From: a virus
Taxonomy: Duplodnaviria; Caudoviricetes
Length of the DNA: 64,000 bases
Strand: one strand, 5' to 3'
IMG/VR virus record: IMGVR_UViG_3300015607_002466
Span: 1 to 64,000 of that record
The notes beneath the pieces are model-generated. The model was not told where the DNA came from. It made no database searches and saw only the letters and a list, made by a program, of their open reading frames with translations. The translations under genes and the position numbers were made by a program. This document shows positions 52,524 through 61,602 of the stretch, piece by piece (position 1 is the stretch's first letter; each line of letters begins with the position of its first letter).

Positions 52524-55247
52524 TTAAAACTCAATAATTGTTTTGATAAATTGACCTTGAACCGTTGGGACTTCATGACCCCAAGCATCAAAGATACCTT
52601 CAAGTTTGGCATCTATCATTTTTTCTTCAGTGAGCGCGACGTCAACCTTGAAGTTGTCTTCGAACCACTTTGGGAATTTCGAAATATCAGCGGGGAAGGC
52701 GATACTCTTAATTTGCTTAGAGTTACCGCGAAGGTAGAACACCTTCACTTTATCGCCAGATTGAATCAGCTTTGCGCCTGGACCTTCGTGCTCCAACGCT
52801 TGTTGGTTATACATGACTGCTGCACGAATGTGGCCTGGAAGTTTAACCTTTTTCTTACCAGTGAGTTCATATTTCTTGTACTCTTCGTACTGGTTGTCAA
52901 GGTTATTTGCGGCTCTTGCTACACCAAGTTGAATTATATCATGATATGCTTGCTTTGAAAACAGTTTTTTGCGCTGAACATTCACAAAATTTTCAATCGT
53001 TTCATAATCGATACCATCAAGAATCTGCTCAACCACGTCTTTGAGGAAGTGTTGAATCGGCTTTGGTGTATCGGCTTTCTTGATTTCTGATCCCATGGTC
53101 TTAAGCTTGTTGGTTGCAACACCTTCAAGGTCAACAACCTTAATCAGATACTTCTTCTTGGCTTGGAACAAACCACGAATACCGACGATTTCTCGGCCAG
53201 CCTTAATGAGGTCGTGGAAATCTGGCTCTTGACAGTTAAAAGCTTCTTTCATGAATCCAGGGAAGGAATCATTTACGCCTTCAGCGATGGTGTCAGCGAT
53301 TTCAACAGCTTCTTCCTTGTTGGTTGCGTAGGTCAAGAAGTATGAGGAGTCAGTATCTCCATAGATAACAGGAGAATCTGCATCAGTCTCATAGAACTTA
53401 GAGGTCGTACCATCCTTGTTGATTTCGGTATAAGAAGTCAGTTTGGAGTAATTGCCAGTTAGGAGTTCTCCAATAGTTCCCATCATGTGAGTCGTAATTT
53501 GGCGACCCGTTGCAGTAACTGAAGCTCCCATTTCTACTCGGAAATAACGGAAGAAGGCGTTTAGTAGCGCACCATAACAAGAGTTTAGCTGAATCTTTCG
53601 AGTAAGCTGTAGAAGATCGTAATACTCTTCTTGGGTCTTAGCTTCAATGAATTTTGCCGAAGTCGTATCACCAGAGTCTTCAATTTCTTTACGAATCTTG
53701 GTCCACTTCTTCTTTTCTGCTTGAAGCTTCTTACGTCCAAAGTACCAATCTTCAAGAACTGTTGGGATCAAACCCTTACCAGAAGATTGGTCAAAGACGG
53801 TACCGTACGCGGACAATGCCCACTTTTGTTCCTTGAGCATGTCATTCCATTGTTCGCCAGTCAGCCCAACTTCTTCACCATTTTCCAAGGATAGGAAGTG
53901 CATCTTGTCATCGCGTGCTCGGATACCAGACCAGTCAGCTTCACCATTGACAAATTGACCAATGATCTTTTCTGGGGAGATATTGAGGCTTCGAATAACC
54001 GATGGATAAAGAGAGTTGATGTCGACTGAACCTACCCATTCATGTAGACCAATCTTTGGAGTAAGAACGATAGCACCTTCAACCTTGTCGGTTTCTTCAG
54101 GAGGACGCTTATCTCCAACGATCTTACCAAGAACTCGGTGAGCATAGTTGGAAAGGCCAGTTTCTACGTACTTCACTGTACCAAGAACAGCGTCCAAAAG
54201 AACAGTGTTCTCATGTGACATCATGTTCGCTAGGTTGATGAACTTGAACTTGTCATCGAGACGATGCAAGATTTCGACGTCTCGTACGTTGTACTTGATG
54301 AAGTGTAAGAAGTCGTTATTGTACAAATCAGCTAGTGAACCTTCATAGTCCAACTTTGGAATGTCAAGTTCTTCTTCGGCAATTGCGGCCAAAGAATATG
54401 AAGAACGACCTTCAAAGGTAAACTTCTTGAACAATCTTAGATAGTCAAGGTGGTTACGACCATAAATGCTTGCGGTAACTTTCTCAGAACCGAATTGTTC
54501 AACTGAGCCGAACTTTGGATCATCAGCTCCAGGGAAACACCACTTGCGGGCGCCAGTCATACCCAAGGTTGCAATAGTTCTCTTGATCAAATATGGAATA
54601 TCATAGAACTCTGAGTTCCAACCGCTGATCACGTCAGTGTTCTCAATTTCCTTGAGAGTTTCTGTCAATAGTTCAACTTCGTTAGCGACGACTCGAAGAT
54701 CGGTAACTACGTCAGAGCCAATATCCGCAAGAGACAGCTTACGTGGAAGCTTTTCGGTGAAACCTTCAGGAGGAACAACAATGGTGATGTACTCATTCTT
54801 CCATTGCTTGTAAATCGTGATTGCGTTGATCGGGCTTTGCGGATTTTCTGGTCGAGCAGTCTCAAAACCTTCTTCAGGATTGTAGTCTACTTCGATGTCG
54901 AGGAACGCATAGTTGAGTTTTGGGATCGGAGCGCCATAATAATGGTCCATTAGGATTCGATCAAGTGCGCTGAAATCTGATTCAAACTTACGCTTGTTCT
55001 TCTTTCGAGCGGTATCAAATTCTCCCTTGTCCTTAAACTCCAATTTCTTTAGAGTATCTCCAAAGATTGATACGAAATCGCCATTAGCATCCGGAACATA
55101 GAAGTAATACGGCATGTCGAACGATTTCATCGAACGGGTGCCATTCGAATCTCGTTCCCAAACATGAACTAACTGTTGGTCAAAGTCCATGCAAGCGCCA
55201 ACGTAACCAGCCGTTGGCTTGTAATTTTTATCTTTAATGATTGCCAT
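52524..55247 (-). CDS. gp43: Family B DNA polymerase (T4 gp43-like), uninterrupted
   Basis: Exonuclease motifs FLDIEVD, GWNSEFYDIPY and YNVRDV; polymerase motifs SVDINSLYPS, KIQLNSCYG, YGDTDS and KKKY. Confidence 0.97.
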   Translation of the reverse strand: MAIIKDKNYKPTAGYVGACMDFDQQLVHVWERDSNGTRSMKSFDMPYYFYVPDANGDFVSIFGDTLKKLEFKDKGEFDTARKKNKRKFESDFSALDRILMDHYYGAPIPKLNYAFLDIEVDYNPEEGFETARPENPQSPINAITIYKQWKNEYITIVVPPEGFTEKLPRKLSLADIGSDVVTDLRVVANEVELLTETLKEIENTDVISGWNSEFYDIPYLIKRTIATLGMTGARKWCFPGADDPKFGSVEQFGSEKVTASIYGRNHLDYLRLFKKFTFEGRSSYSLAAIAEEELDIPKLDYEGSLADLYNNDFLHFIKYNVRDVEILHRLDDKFKFINLANMMSHENTVLLDAVLGTVKYVETGLSNYAHRVLGKIVGDKRPPEETDKVEGAIVLTPKIGLHEWVGSVDINSLYPSVIRSLNISPEKIIGQFVNGEADWSGIRARDDKMHFLSLENGEEVGLTGEQWNDMLKEQKWALSAYGTVFDQSSGKGLIPTVLEDWYFGRKKLQAEKKKWTKIRKEIEDSGDTTSAKFIEAKTQEEYYDLLQLTRKIQLNSCYGALLNAFFRYFRVEMGASVTATGRQITTHMMGTIGELLTGNYSKLTSYTEINKDGTTSKFYETDADSPVIYGDTDSSYFLTYATNKEEAVEIADTIAEGVNDSFPGFMKEAFNCQEPDFHDLIKAGREIVGIRGLFQAKKKYLIKVVDLEGVATNKLKTMGSEIKKADTPKPIQHFLKDVVEQILDGIDYETIENFVNVQRKKLFSKQAYHDIIQLGVARAANNLDNQYEEYKKYELTGKKKVKLPGHIRAAVMYNQQALEHEGPGAKLIQSGDKVKVFYLRGNSKQIKSIAFPADISKFPKWFEDNFKVDVALTEEKMIDAKLEGIFDAWGHEVPTVQGQFIKTIIEF

Positions 55248-55283
55248 TTCTTTTCTCGTTGTAGTGTTATGGCTTATTTAATT

Positions 55284-55315
55284 CTTGGGGGAGGGCTTTA
55301 AAGCGGCCCTCCAAG
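55284..55315 (-). terminator. Stem-loop after dsbA
   Basis: CTTGG..GAGGGC / GCCCTC CAAG inverted repeat between dsbA and the polymerase. Confidence 0.5.
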
Positions 55316-55324
55316 CGCTATAGT

Positions 55325-55639
55325 TTAGTCGTTGCTGCCGTCATCGCTACCATCATCATTGCTGATGGTGAACATCATTTCGATGGCGTTTTCAAGGCTT
55401 TCAGCTTCTTTGAGCTTTTCGACTGCGTTGTTCTTTTGGGTAATGCCAGCAAGAACCTTGAAGAGCTTTGGATCAATATCGATCTTTTCCTTGATGTCAT
55501 CAACGATGACCTTCATGCTTTCCTTCTTGTCCTTGATGCTGTCAAGAAGCTTAACGTACTCATCGATGCTGTTGTTCAGCTTGGTGCGGTCAGCAGAGTT
55601 GTTCATGATGTCTTCAATACGACGATGTTCTTTTGCCAT
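55325..55639 (-). CDS. dsbA: dsDNA-binding protein (T4 DsbA/GapR-like)
   Basis: KL...IDE....L..I...KE.MK.I..D.KEK..IDPK.F..L helical signature; RBS AAAGGA. Confidence 0.7.
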   Translation of the reverse strand: MAKEHRRIEDIMNNSADRTKLNNSIDEYVKLLDSIKDKKESMKVIVDDIKEKIDIDPKLFKVLAGITQKNNAVEKLKEAESLENAIEMMFTISNDDGSDDGSND

Positions 55640-55640
55640 T

Positions 55641-56036
55641 TTAGCTATCCTTTTGGTTATGTTTATGTGATAAAATCGAAACTACGAGTTTTGTCAGCTT
55701 ATTGCCGTGCTCGTCCTTTACATCATCGCTAACTACGTAGAAACGAAATAATTCGTTCCTCGGCCAATTAGCGAGTTGACCTATCCCAGGAGGACTTTTG
55801 TTTTCTTCCTCAAGGGCAGGGTTGAATGCGGTTTGTGCGAAGAATTTTCCGCCAGCGGCATTTAGCCCGGTTAGAACGTCAGTGACGAACAATTGGGCCG
55901 CATCGGTACAATCTTTGTATGAAGCAAATGCTTTAGATTTGAGTTTGGTCTCTTGGAGTTTTGACAGATGTTGAAAAATCGGCAAAGCGCCAAGCTGAGC
56001 GTCAGACGTATTGACGCTAACATAGTAATTAAACAT
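55641..56036 (-). CDS. Hypothetical protein
   Basis: 131 aa ORF, co-oriented. Confidence 0.55.
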   Translation of the reverse strand: MFNYYVSVNTSDAQLGALPIFQHLSKLQETKLKSKAFASYKDCTDAAQLFVTDVLTGLNAAGGKFFAQTAFNPALEEENKSPPGIGQLANWPRNELFRFYVVSDDVKDEHGNKLTKLVVSILSHKHNQKDS

Positions 56037-56070
56037 GTTATTCTTCTTGTTATTTTAGTATTTTAGTATT

Positions 56071-56520
56071 TTAATTCAAAACGGTCTTCGTGGAAACGTT
56101 TTCTTTTGTGAAATGGTGATCAACATCCTTCATCATTTCGGCAATTGGGTTGTCTGACGGTTTTATGCAAGCAGACACACAAGCTTCTTTTTCGTAGTCA
56201 ACCTCAACGAAAATGCTCTTAAGCACGAACGAATTCTCAATCAATTCATCGCGACTGTCGTAATCAGAAATATACTTGTCACCAAACGTAAATTGTTCAG
56301 GTAGATCAGGGAAAAATTTGATATTGTATTTTTCCTCAACGTTCTGTCCGTCAAAACACTTAGCAATCGATGTTGCTAAGTTTATAGCTTCAATATCGAA
56401 TTTGAAATTTTCTGAGACCGCTAACACCGTCTCTATTCCGTATTTTTCTGCTCCAGGTAGCGCAAGCTTTGTTAACTCAGGAGTATGAGTTTCCAATGTC
56501 ACAAAATACCGTGTTGTCAT
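56071..56520 (-). CDS. Hypothetical protein
   Basis: 149 aa ORF, ATGA overlap with the upstream gene. Confidence 0.55.
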   Translation of the reverse strand: MTTRYFVTLETHTPELTKLALPGAEKYGIETVLAVSENFKFDIEAINLATSIAKCFDGQNVEEKYNIKFFPDLPEQFTFGDKYISDYDSRDELIENSFVLKSIFVEVDYEKEACVSACIKPSDNPIAEMMKDVDHHFTKENVSTKTVLN

Positions 56521-57608
56521 ACTGGCCCTAAAATAAATTTGTTATTTGAAGAGATATTAATGTTTAGAGAAGTATCATCTGCGACAGCGGTAGTAGTCGC
56601 AGATTCTAGTTTTTGATCAAAGAATGTAGAAGGTGTAATTGCTGGGAAAACATCTCCTAATGCTAATGAAGTAACTAAAAGTTTAGGAACCTTTGATACG
56701 AGGGAATATTTTAGATGCTGAACTGAGCTATTAAGCTCGGAAGCTTTGATCGTGCGCGAGGTAATTCGGTCTAGAACATGAAATGGTTCTTTAGATAGCA
56801 AGAAATGAATTGAGCCTAATGGTAATGAAGTAGAACCAACGGTTGCTCCGGTGATCATGAGACGCGAATTCAAATCTAAACCCGAAATAGATTCACACGT
56901 AAACAAATCAAAATCTTCCCCATTAAATCTCACGGAATCAATATTAGCCCATGAGCATGAAGATAGACCTTGAACGTTTCTCTTAAAATTCAAAGTGCGA
57001 ACAACAGGGGTTTCCGCAGAAAATACCAATACTTTGACGAATATGGTTGAAGACGCGTAAGTGTTGTACGTAATTTGATTTACGAATCGAATTATGTTTG
57101 CGTCAGCAACAAAGGTCGACGAATCAACTTCTTGACCGTTGATGAAAAGAACTACCGAATCTGATGAGTCAAATGCCAGAATTTTCTGTTCAACAGAATG
57201 GTCTTTACCAGAAATCGCACTCGTTGGAACAGGTAGGTTAAAAATGTATTCCTTATACTCTTGTTCCTTACTCATTATTTCTGATAAGGAGAGTACTAAT
57301 TGAGAAGCAGCATTGACAGAAACCAAACCACGTTTGACCGCGATTGAGAGCTCATTAGCATCTGAAGATGCTAAATTGATGTAGTCTGGGATCGAATAGT
57401 CTAAAGAAACTCCACCTATTTTGCTGGTTTGGATTACTGTATCGAAATTTAGAACATTGTCCTTATAGTTTTTCTCACCAATAAGGCGCAATGTACCAAG
57501 ACAGCCAGCCGTCAAGTTACAACGGTCAATAAACGCGTGGGTTATGTTATTGTCGACGTCAACTTCTTTGTTGCAGGTATCACATTTATAACGCTTGAAC
57601 TTGTTCAT
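56517..57608 (-). CDS. Hypothetical protein with N-terminal Zn-ribbon (CxxC...C...C) and beta-rich body
   Basis: YKCDTCNKE...RCNLTAGCLG; remainder beta-strand rich. Confidence 0.6.
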   Translation of the reverse strand: MNKFKRYKCDTCNKEVDVDNNITHAFIDRCNLTAGCLGTLRLIGEKNYKDNVLNFDTVIQTSKIGGVSLDYSIPDYINLASSDANELSIAVKRGLVSVNAASQLVLSLSEIMSKEQEYKEYIFNLPVPTSAISGKDHSVEQKILAFDSSDSVVLFINGQEVDSSTFVADANIIRFVNQITYNTYASSTIFVKVLVFSAETPVVRTLNFKRNVQGLSSCSWANIDSVRFNGEDFDLFTCESISGLDLNSRLMITGATVGSTSLPLGSIHFLLSKEPFHVLDRITSRTIKASELNSSVQHLKYSLVSKVPKLLVTSLALGDVFPAITPSTFFDQKLESATTTAVADDTSLNINISSNNKFILGPV

Positions 57609-57847
57609 TGTAGAATTACTTTCCTATAACGGCGTAGAATTACGTCCACGTCATTACAGGTGAATGCATGACCGTTTTCGAAATTCACAACCTTAACACA
57701 TTTGTCATCTGTTGCTGAAACATGTACCTCAGGCAAAAGACGATATTGATTGATGTAGTTATTTATTCCGATTAGGCTAGATGTAATAATGCTCACGAGA
57801 ACGGCAAATAGGAAAAGCTGCTTACCAGAAACGCTATACAAAGTCAT
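57605..57847 (-). CDS. Small membrane-anchored protein
   Basis: Start MTLYSV (RBS AAAGGA); TM helix LFLFAVLVSIITSSLIGI; LPEVH......CVKV.N......C. Confidence 0.6.
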   Translation of the reverse strand: MTLYSVSGKQLFLFAVLVSIITSSLIGINNYINQYRLLPEVHVSATDDKCVKVVNFENGHAFTCNDVDVILRRYRKVILQ

Positions 57848-57860
57848 TTGACTTCCTTTC

Positions 57861-58043
57861 TTAATTGGTTTTAACCTCATAGAGGTCTTCAGGACGAACC
57901 CATTTCTTCCAGTCGAAGGTTGTATCGACTGGTGTAATCTCAACAAGGATAAGCTCCTTGTTTTTGATTGTTAGCTTCTTCGAAGCAGTTCTTCCTGTTT
58001 TCTTTACTTCGGTTCCTTCAAACACAAACGTTTCCATTTTCAC
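57861..58043 (-). CDS. Small hypothetical protein
   Basis: 60 aa; RBS AGGAG before ATG 58037. Confidence 0.55.
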   Translation of the reverse strand: MKMETFVFEGTEVKKTGRTASKKLTIKNKELILVEITPVDTTFDWKKWVRPEDLYEVKTN

Positions 58044-58365
58044 TCCTAAAGCGCAAATAGCTATTTAATAGCTGTTCAATGTTCTTTGCGCCGACAGGAT
58101 TTTGGCTGTGAACGGTGAACGCAAAATCGTTTGGAATGAAGGTCATACCAAAAGCAATTCGATCCAAATCTTGAGTGATCATCCAATTGATCACATGCAT
58201 GGAAGTGTCATCACCACCAAGATCATGATCAAACGAGATAAACTCGGGACATCCATAAGACTTCATAGTCTGGATGGCTTCTTCTGAAGTTCGGGAAATA
58301 TGGAAATCCCGAACAGAATGGTCAGAAGGATAACGCTCGTCATCAATGAATAAGCAGTAGCCCAT
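58018..58365 (-). CDS. Cyclic-phosphate-processing receiver-like domain protein (cREC-type)
   Basis: LFIDDER.P...RTSEEAI......PEFISFDHDLG...TVHSQNPVG..NI. Confidence 0.75.
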   Translation of the reverse strand: MGYCLFIDDERYPSDHSVRDFHISRTSEEAIQTMKSYGCPEFISFDHDLGGDDTSMHVINWMITQDLDRIAFGMTFIPNDFAFTVHSQNPVGAKNIEQLLNSYLRFRSENGNVCV

Positions 58366-58388
58366 AATTCGCTCCTCAATGTTTGTAC

Positions 58389-58418
58389 ATTATAACACAG
58401 AAGAGCGAATTTGTAAAA
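58389..58418 (-). promoter_or_regulatory. Early promoter TTTACA-N17-TATAAT (extended -10)
   Basis: Plus strand ATTATA 58389-58394 and TGTAAA 58412-58417. Confidence 0.75.
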
Positions 58419-58871
58419 TCAAGCTAACTTGAGCAGTTTAGACATACGATCTTCATGTTTTGCTTGAGCTATAACTGAGTATTGTTCAAAAGCAGATTGC
58501 GCGTTTTTGTGTAGTTCACATTTTACGGAAACCCAAAAACGATCATCCAACTTACCAGTATTCCCGCAAAGCGAGCAAATTTGAGAAGATTTGAATTCAG
58601 TTAGACCTACCAAACGCTGAAAAATTTGTTGTCGGTCTTCTGATATTCCATGCATTCCAAACGCAATTTTCAGCGGACCGTTGGTGTCTTTGATCTGGAC
58701 GATTTGTATCCGTTCAGATGGCTTGAGTTCCTTTTGGATCGCGCCAAGCAGAGATTCTACTAGAGGTATCCACCCTGGTAGAATAGTTATTTCATATGAC
58801 GAATTTCCAAAAAGATTCGAATTTCTTTTAACTAAGTCATAGATTTTATTTAGAGTTTCTTCATAGTCCAT
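58419..58871 (-). CDS. Phage hypothetical protein of the 'GW..L...QIKEKFG.LR...C..CG' family
   Basis: PGWIPLVESL...IVQIKDTNGPLKI...SSQICSLCGNTG. Confidence 0.6.
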   Translation of the reverse strand: MDYEETLNKIYDLVKRNSNLFGNSSYEITILPGWIPLVESLLGAIQKELKPSERIQIVQIKDTNGPLKIAFGMHGISEDRQQIFQRLVGLTEFKSSQICSLCGNTGKLDDRFWVSVKCELHKNAQSAFEQYSVIAQAKHEDRMSKLLKLA

Positions 58872-58874
58872 TTT

Positions 58875-59483
58875 TTACCCATAGAGTTCTTGCATCGCGA
58901 AGGTCATTAGACCTTTGATGATTTTGCAGGTTTCTAGGGTCATCAGAATATCTTCTAAAGCATTGTGGGCGCCGCGCTTATCAAATCCTAGACGTTCAAA
59001 GAGCTGATCACTCTTGTATAGACCAAGAGTAATGAACCCAGTTGACGAAGTATCAAGTAGTACGTGGTGCTTGTTCATCGGTGGTAAACCATGATCTGTC
59101 AACAGCTGATTGGTAAACTTTACATCAAAGTCGGCATTGTGTCCGAGGAAAATTGGCTTACCTTCAGGTCCCCAATATTTCATGATCAGTTCACCCAAGT
59201 CCACGCAAGCCTCTTCTCTAGAGACACCATTCTTTTGAAGGTACTCTTGAGACAACCCATGAATTGCTTCTGCTTCTTTTGACCATTTGTATTTATCGGA
59301 ATCAAAGCGTAATTCTCGATACAAAGTCTCAATGGGTTCAAAAGTGTCTGCGTCAAACACAACCGCGCCAAAGGACAAGCCTTGATATTTAATGTGCGAA
59401 CCTTCTGGGTGATCCCAATCGGAACCCGAAGTTTCCCAATCGATACCTAGTCCAAATTTTGGGTGATTTTTTGGCTTCTTCAT
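58875..59483 (-). CDS. DEDDh 3'-5' exonuclease (DnaQ/RNase T-like)
   Basis: GIDWETSG, GHNADFD, LDT, HNALEDI. Confidence 0.9.
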   Translation of the reverse strand: MKKPKNHPKFGLGIDWETSGSDWDHPEGSHIKYQGLSFGAVVFDADTFEPIETLYRELRFDSDKYKWSKEAEAIHGLSQEYLQKNGVSREEACVDLGELIMKYWGPEGKPIFLGHNADFDVKFTNQLLTDHGLPPMNKHHVLLDTSSTGFITLGLYKSDQLFERLGFDKRGAHNALEDILMTLETCKIIKGLMTFAMQELYG

Positions 59484-59520
59484 TATAGTTTTCTCTTATA
59501 AACGGAAATTTAAAAATGTT

Positions 59521-61005
59521 TTAGAAGATTTCGACGTTATATTTTTTCTTGAAATCTTCAGCATCTTGCCACGTGTCAACAAGCGGTTGACCTTTGATAT
59601 TCAAGCTCGTGTTGAGCAAGATTGGGCATCCTGTTCTATTATAAAACTCTTTGATCAAATTGTAAACGTTTTCGTTCTGTTCTTTGTTTACGGTCTGAAC
59701 ACGAGAAGAACCATCAGCGTGGCAAATTGCTGGAAGCAGATCAGGAGTCTTACATTTGGCAGTGAATTGCATGTATGGCGAAGATTGCACTGGAAGCTCA
59801 AAGAACTCGTGTGCGTATTCTTCCAAGACCATTGGCGCAAATGGGCGGAAGCGTTGGCGTTTCTTGATGTCGTTCACTTGATCCTTGACAGTTTTACCAC
59901 GGGGGTCAGCTATGAGGGAACGGTTTCCAAGAGCTCGAGGGCCAAATTCGGCTCTTCCGTTTGCCAATGCAGCAATCTTATTAGTCTTTAGTGTGTCTAA
60001 GATCTTAGCCGTCTCAAATGGTCGATCAATGTTGGTACCAAGATATGGGCCTTTCCATTCCAACTGGGTCTTAAGGAATGCGGTTATGGCGCCAAGAGAT
60101 GATCCAGCATCTCCTGGATTTGGCATAATCCATACGTTGTCGAAAAGTTTCTTGCCAAACTTCGACATGCTCGCTATTTTTTCATTAGCGACGCAGTTTA
60201 GAGCAACACCCCCAGAAATAACCAAGTTCTTTGACGGAAGATTGGCAAAAATCCACCAAGCTGAAGCTAGCATATAATTCTCAACGACCAACTGAGCTGA
60301 AGCAGCAAGATCGTAGTGATCCTGCTCAGTCACAATTTTATCAGCCATCCAATCCAAGCATCCCATATGAAGATTTCTCTTCAATTCGAAATAAGGAGCA
60401 TGGCTGATGTCGATCAAATCTCGTAGAAGGTCATCATAGAATCTTGGTTTACCATAGGCCGCCATACCCATTAGGATAAACTCTTCTTCATTAGGTTTAA
60501 GCCCGACTCGATGTGTTATGGCTGAATAAAACAAACCTATAGAATGGGGGTATTTTTGCGAGAATACCTGCTTTAGTTCAGATCCTGAAGCTTCCCAAAT
60601 AGAGGTGGTAATAAATTCACCAATCGCGTCAACTACAAAAATACTAGCGCTCGAGAAACCAGAGGTGAAATAGCCGCCACAGGCATGGGATAGGTGATGA
60701 TCAACATACTCTATTTTTGAGGTGAGTCCACAATTTTCTAAGTACTGTTTTGGAAAAGATTTCTTTACTTCTCCCCATTCTCCAGCTAAAGCCTGACGAA
60801 ATTTTTTCTTAAGTGGATCCTCAAACCAAACGATCTGATCTGGCTCTCCGTATTTTCGAGCCTCTTTGATGATTTCTAGGTTTAGGTATTTGTCATTCTT
60901 TTTCTTTGAGTAACGCTCGGCATGACCAGCAAAAAGAATTTGATTGTCTTCGACAACAGTAATTGAAGCGTCATGACTTAACGCAGATATTCCCCAAATT
61001 GCCAT
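59521..61005 (-). CDS. Carbamoyltransferase (NodU/CmcH/TobZ family)
   Basis: HDAS, ERYSKKK, HHLSHA, VVDAIGE, SGGVALNCVAN, GDAGSSLGA, EFGPRALGNRS, RFRPFAP, HADGSSRVQTV, LNTSLN. Confidence 0.95.
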   Translation of the reverse strand: MAIWGISALSHDASITVVEDNQILFAGHAERYSKKKNDKYLNLEIIKEARKYGEPDQIVWFEDPLKKKFRQALAGEWGEVKKSFPKQYLENCGLTSKIEYVDHHLSHACGGYFTSGFSSASIFVVDAIGEFITTSIWEASGSELKQVFSQKYPHSIGLFYSAITHRVGLKPNEEEFILMGMAAYGKPRFYDDLLRDLIDISHAPYFELKRNLHMGCLDWMADKIVTEQDHYDLAASAQLVVENYMLASAWWIFANLPSKNLVISGGVALNCVANEKIASMSKFGKKLFDNVWIMPNPGDAGSSLGAITAFLKTQLEWKGPYLGTNIDRPFETAKILDTLKTNKIAALANGRAEFGPRALGNRSLIADPRGKTVKDQVNDIKKRQRFRPFAPMVLEEYAHEFFELPVQSSPYMQFTAKCKTPDLLPAICHADGSSRVQTVNKEQNENVYNLIKEFYNRTGCPILLNTSLNIKGQPLVDTWQDAEDFKKKYNVEIF

Positions 61006-61014
61006 GGTATTCCC

Positions 61015-61116
61015 TTAGTGGTAAATGAAAGGATCGCTCTTCTTCATTTGTTTGATTTTACGTTTGGTCTCGAAATAGTTTTTTACCAAGTAAATCCAGT
61101 AGCGAATGGTGTTCAT
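61015..61116 (-). CDS. 33-aa basic peptide ending KKSDPFIYH, missed by the ORF track
   Basis: Manual translation MNTIRYWIYLVKNYFETKRKIKQMKKSDPFIYH; resembles small 'KKxDPFIY' ORFs that accompany phage carbamoyltransferases; ATAAATA at 61147-61153 (minus). Confidence 0.7.
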   Translation of the reverse strand: MNTIRYWIYLVKNYFETKRKIKQMKKSDPFIYH

Positions 61117-61125
61117 TTTTTCTCC

Positions 61126-61153
61126 ATAAATAATCTTCGATTGGAATATTTAT
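61126..61153. promoter_or_regulatory. Pair of opposed late promoters ATAAATA (+ 61126-61132; - 61147-61153)
   Basis: One motif on each strand, 14 nt apart, between divergent genes. Confidence 0.6.
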
Positions 61154-61164
61154 TGGTACGAAAA

Positions 61165-61602
61165 ATGATACAAATAGCACATCGCGGTAATTTTGCAGGT
61201 CGAAATAAAGAACGTGAAAATACGCTTAGTTATCTTAACGAAGCTATAGACGCGGGGTATGATGTTGAAGTAGATGTTTGGGTAATAGATGGTAAATTCT
61301 TTTTGGGACATGATGGTCCCGAACATCCCATTACCATTTGGGACCTTTTACAAATTGAAGAACACTCTTGGTTCCACGCTAAAAACTATGAAGCCTTTGT
61401 TGAGTTATTGAAGCATGAGCTTCACGTATTCTTTCATGATAAGGACGAATATACACTAACATCACATGGCGTCATTTGGGCTTATTCTGGTAAATTCGTT
61501 AACGAATACGCAATCGCATGTATGCCTGAAATGACAGAAGGTTTTGAGGTACCAGAAAATGCGATGGGCGTTTGTTCAGATAATTTGAAACCTATCGTAT
61601 AA
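61165..61602 (+). CDS. Glycerophosphodiester-phosphodiesterase-like (PLC-like) protein, short form
   Basis: Start MIQIAHRGN; ENT..Y..EA...GYDVEVDVW...FLGHD...WFHAKN...FFHDKD..TLTS.G.IW.Y.G; GVCSD. Confidence 0.85.
   Translation: MIQIAHRGNFAGRNKERENTLSYLNEAIDAGYDVEVDVWVIDGKFFLGHDGPEHPITIWDLLQIEEHSWFHAKNYEAFVELLKHELHVFFHDKDEYTLTSHGVIWAYSGKFVNEYAIACMPEMTEGFEVPENAMGVCSDNLKPIV

Noticed and set aside
52524-55247. Intein or intron in the DNA polymerase (also checked in helicase and primase)
   Set aside because: Lengths are normal and the catalytic motifs are contiguous; no C..HN/LAGLIDADG signatures seen.
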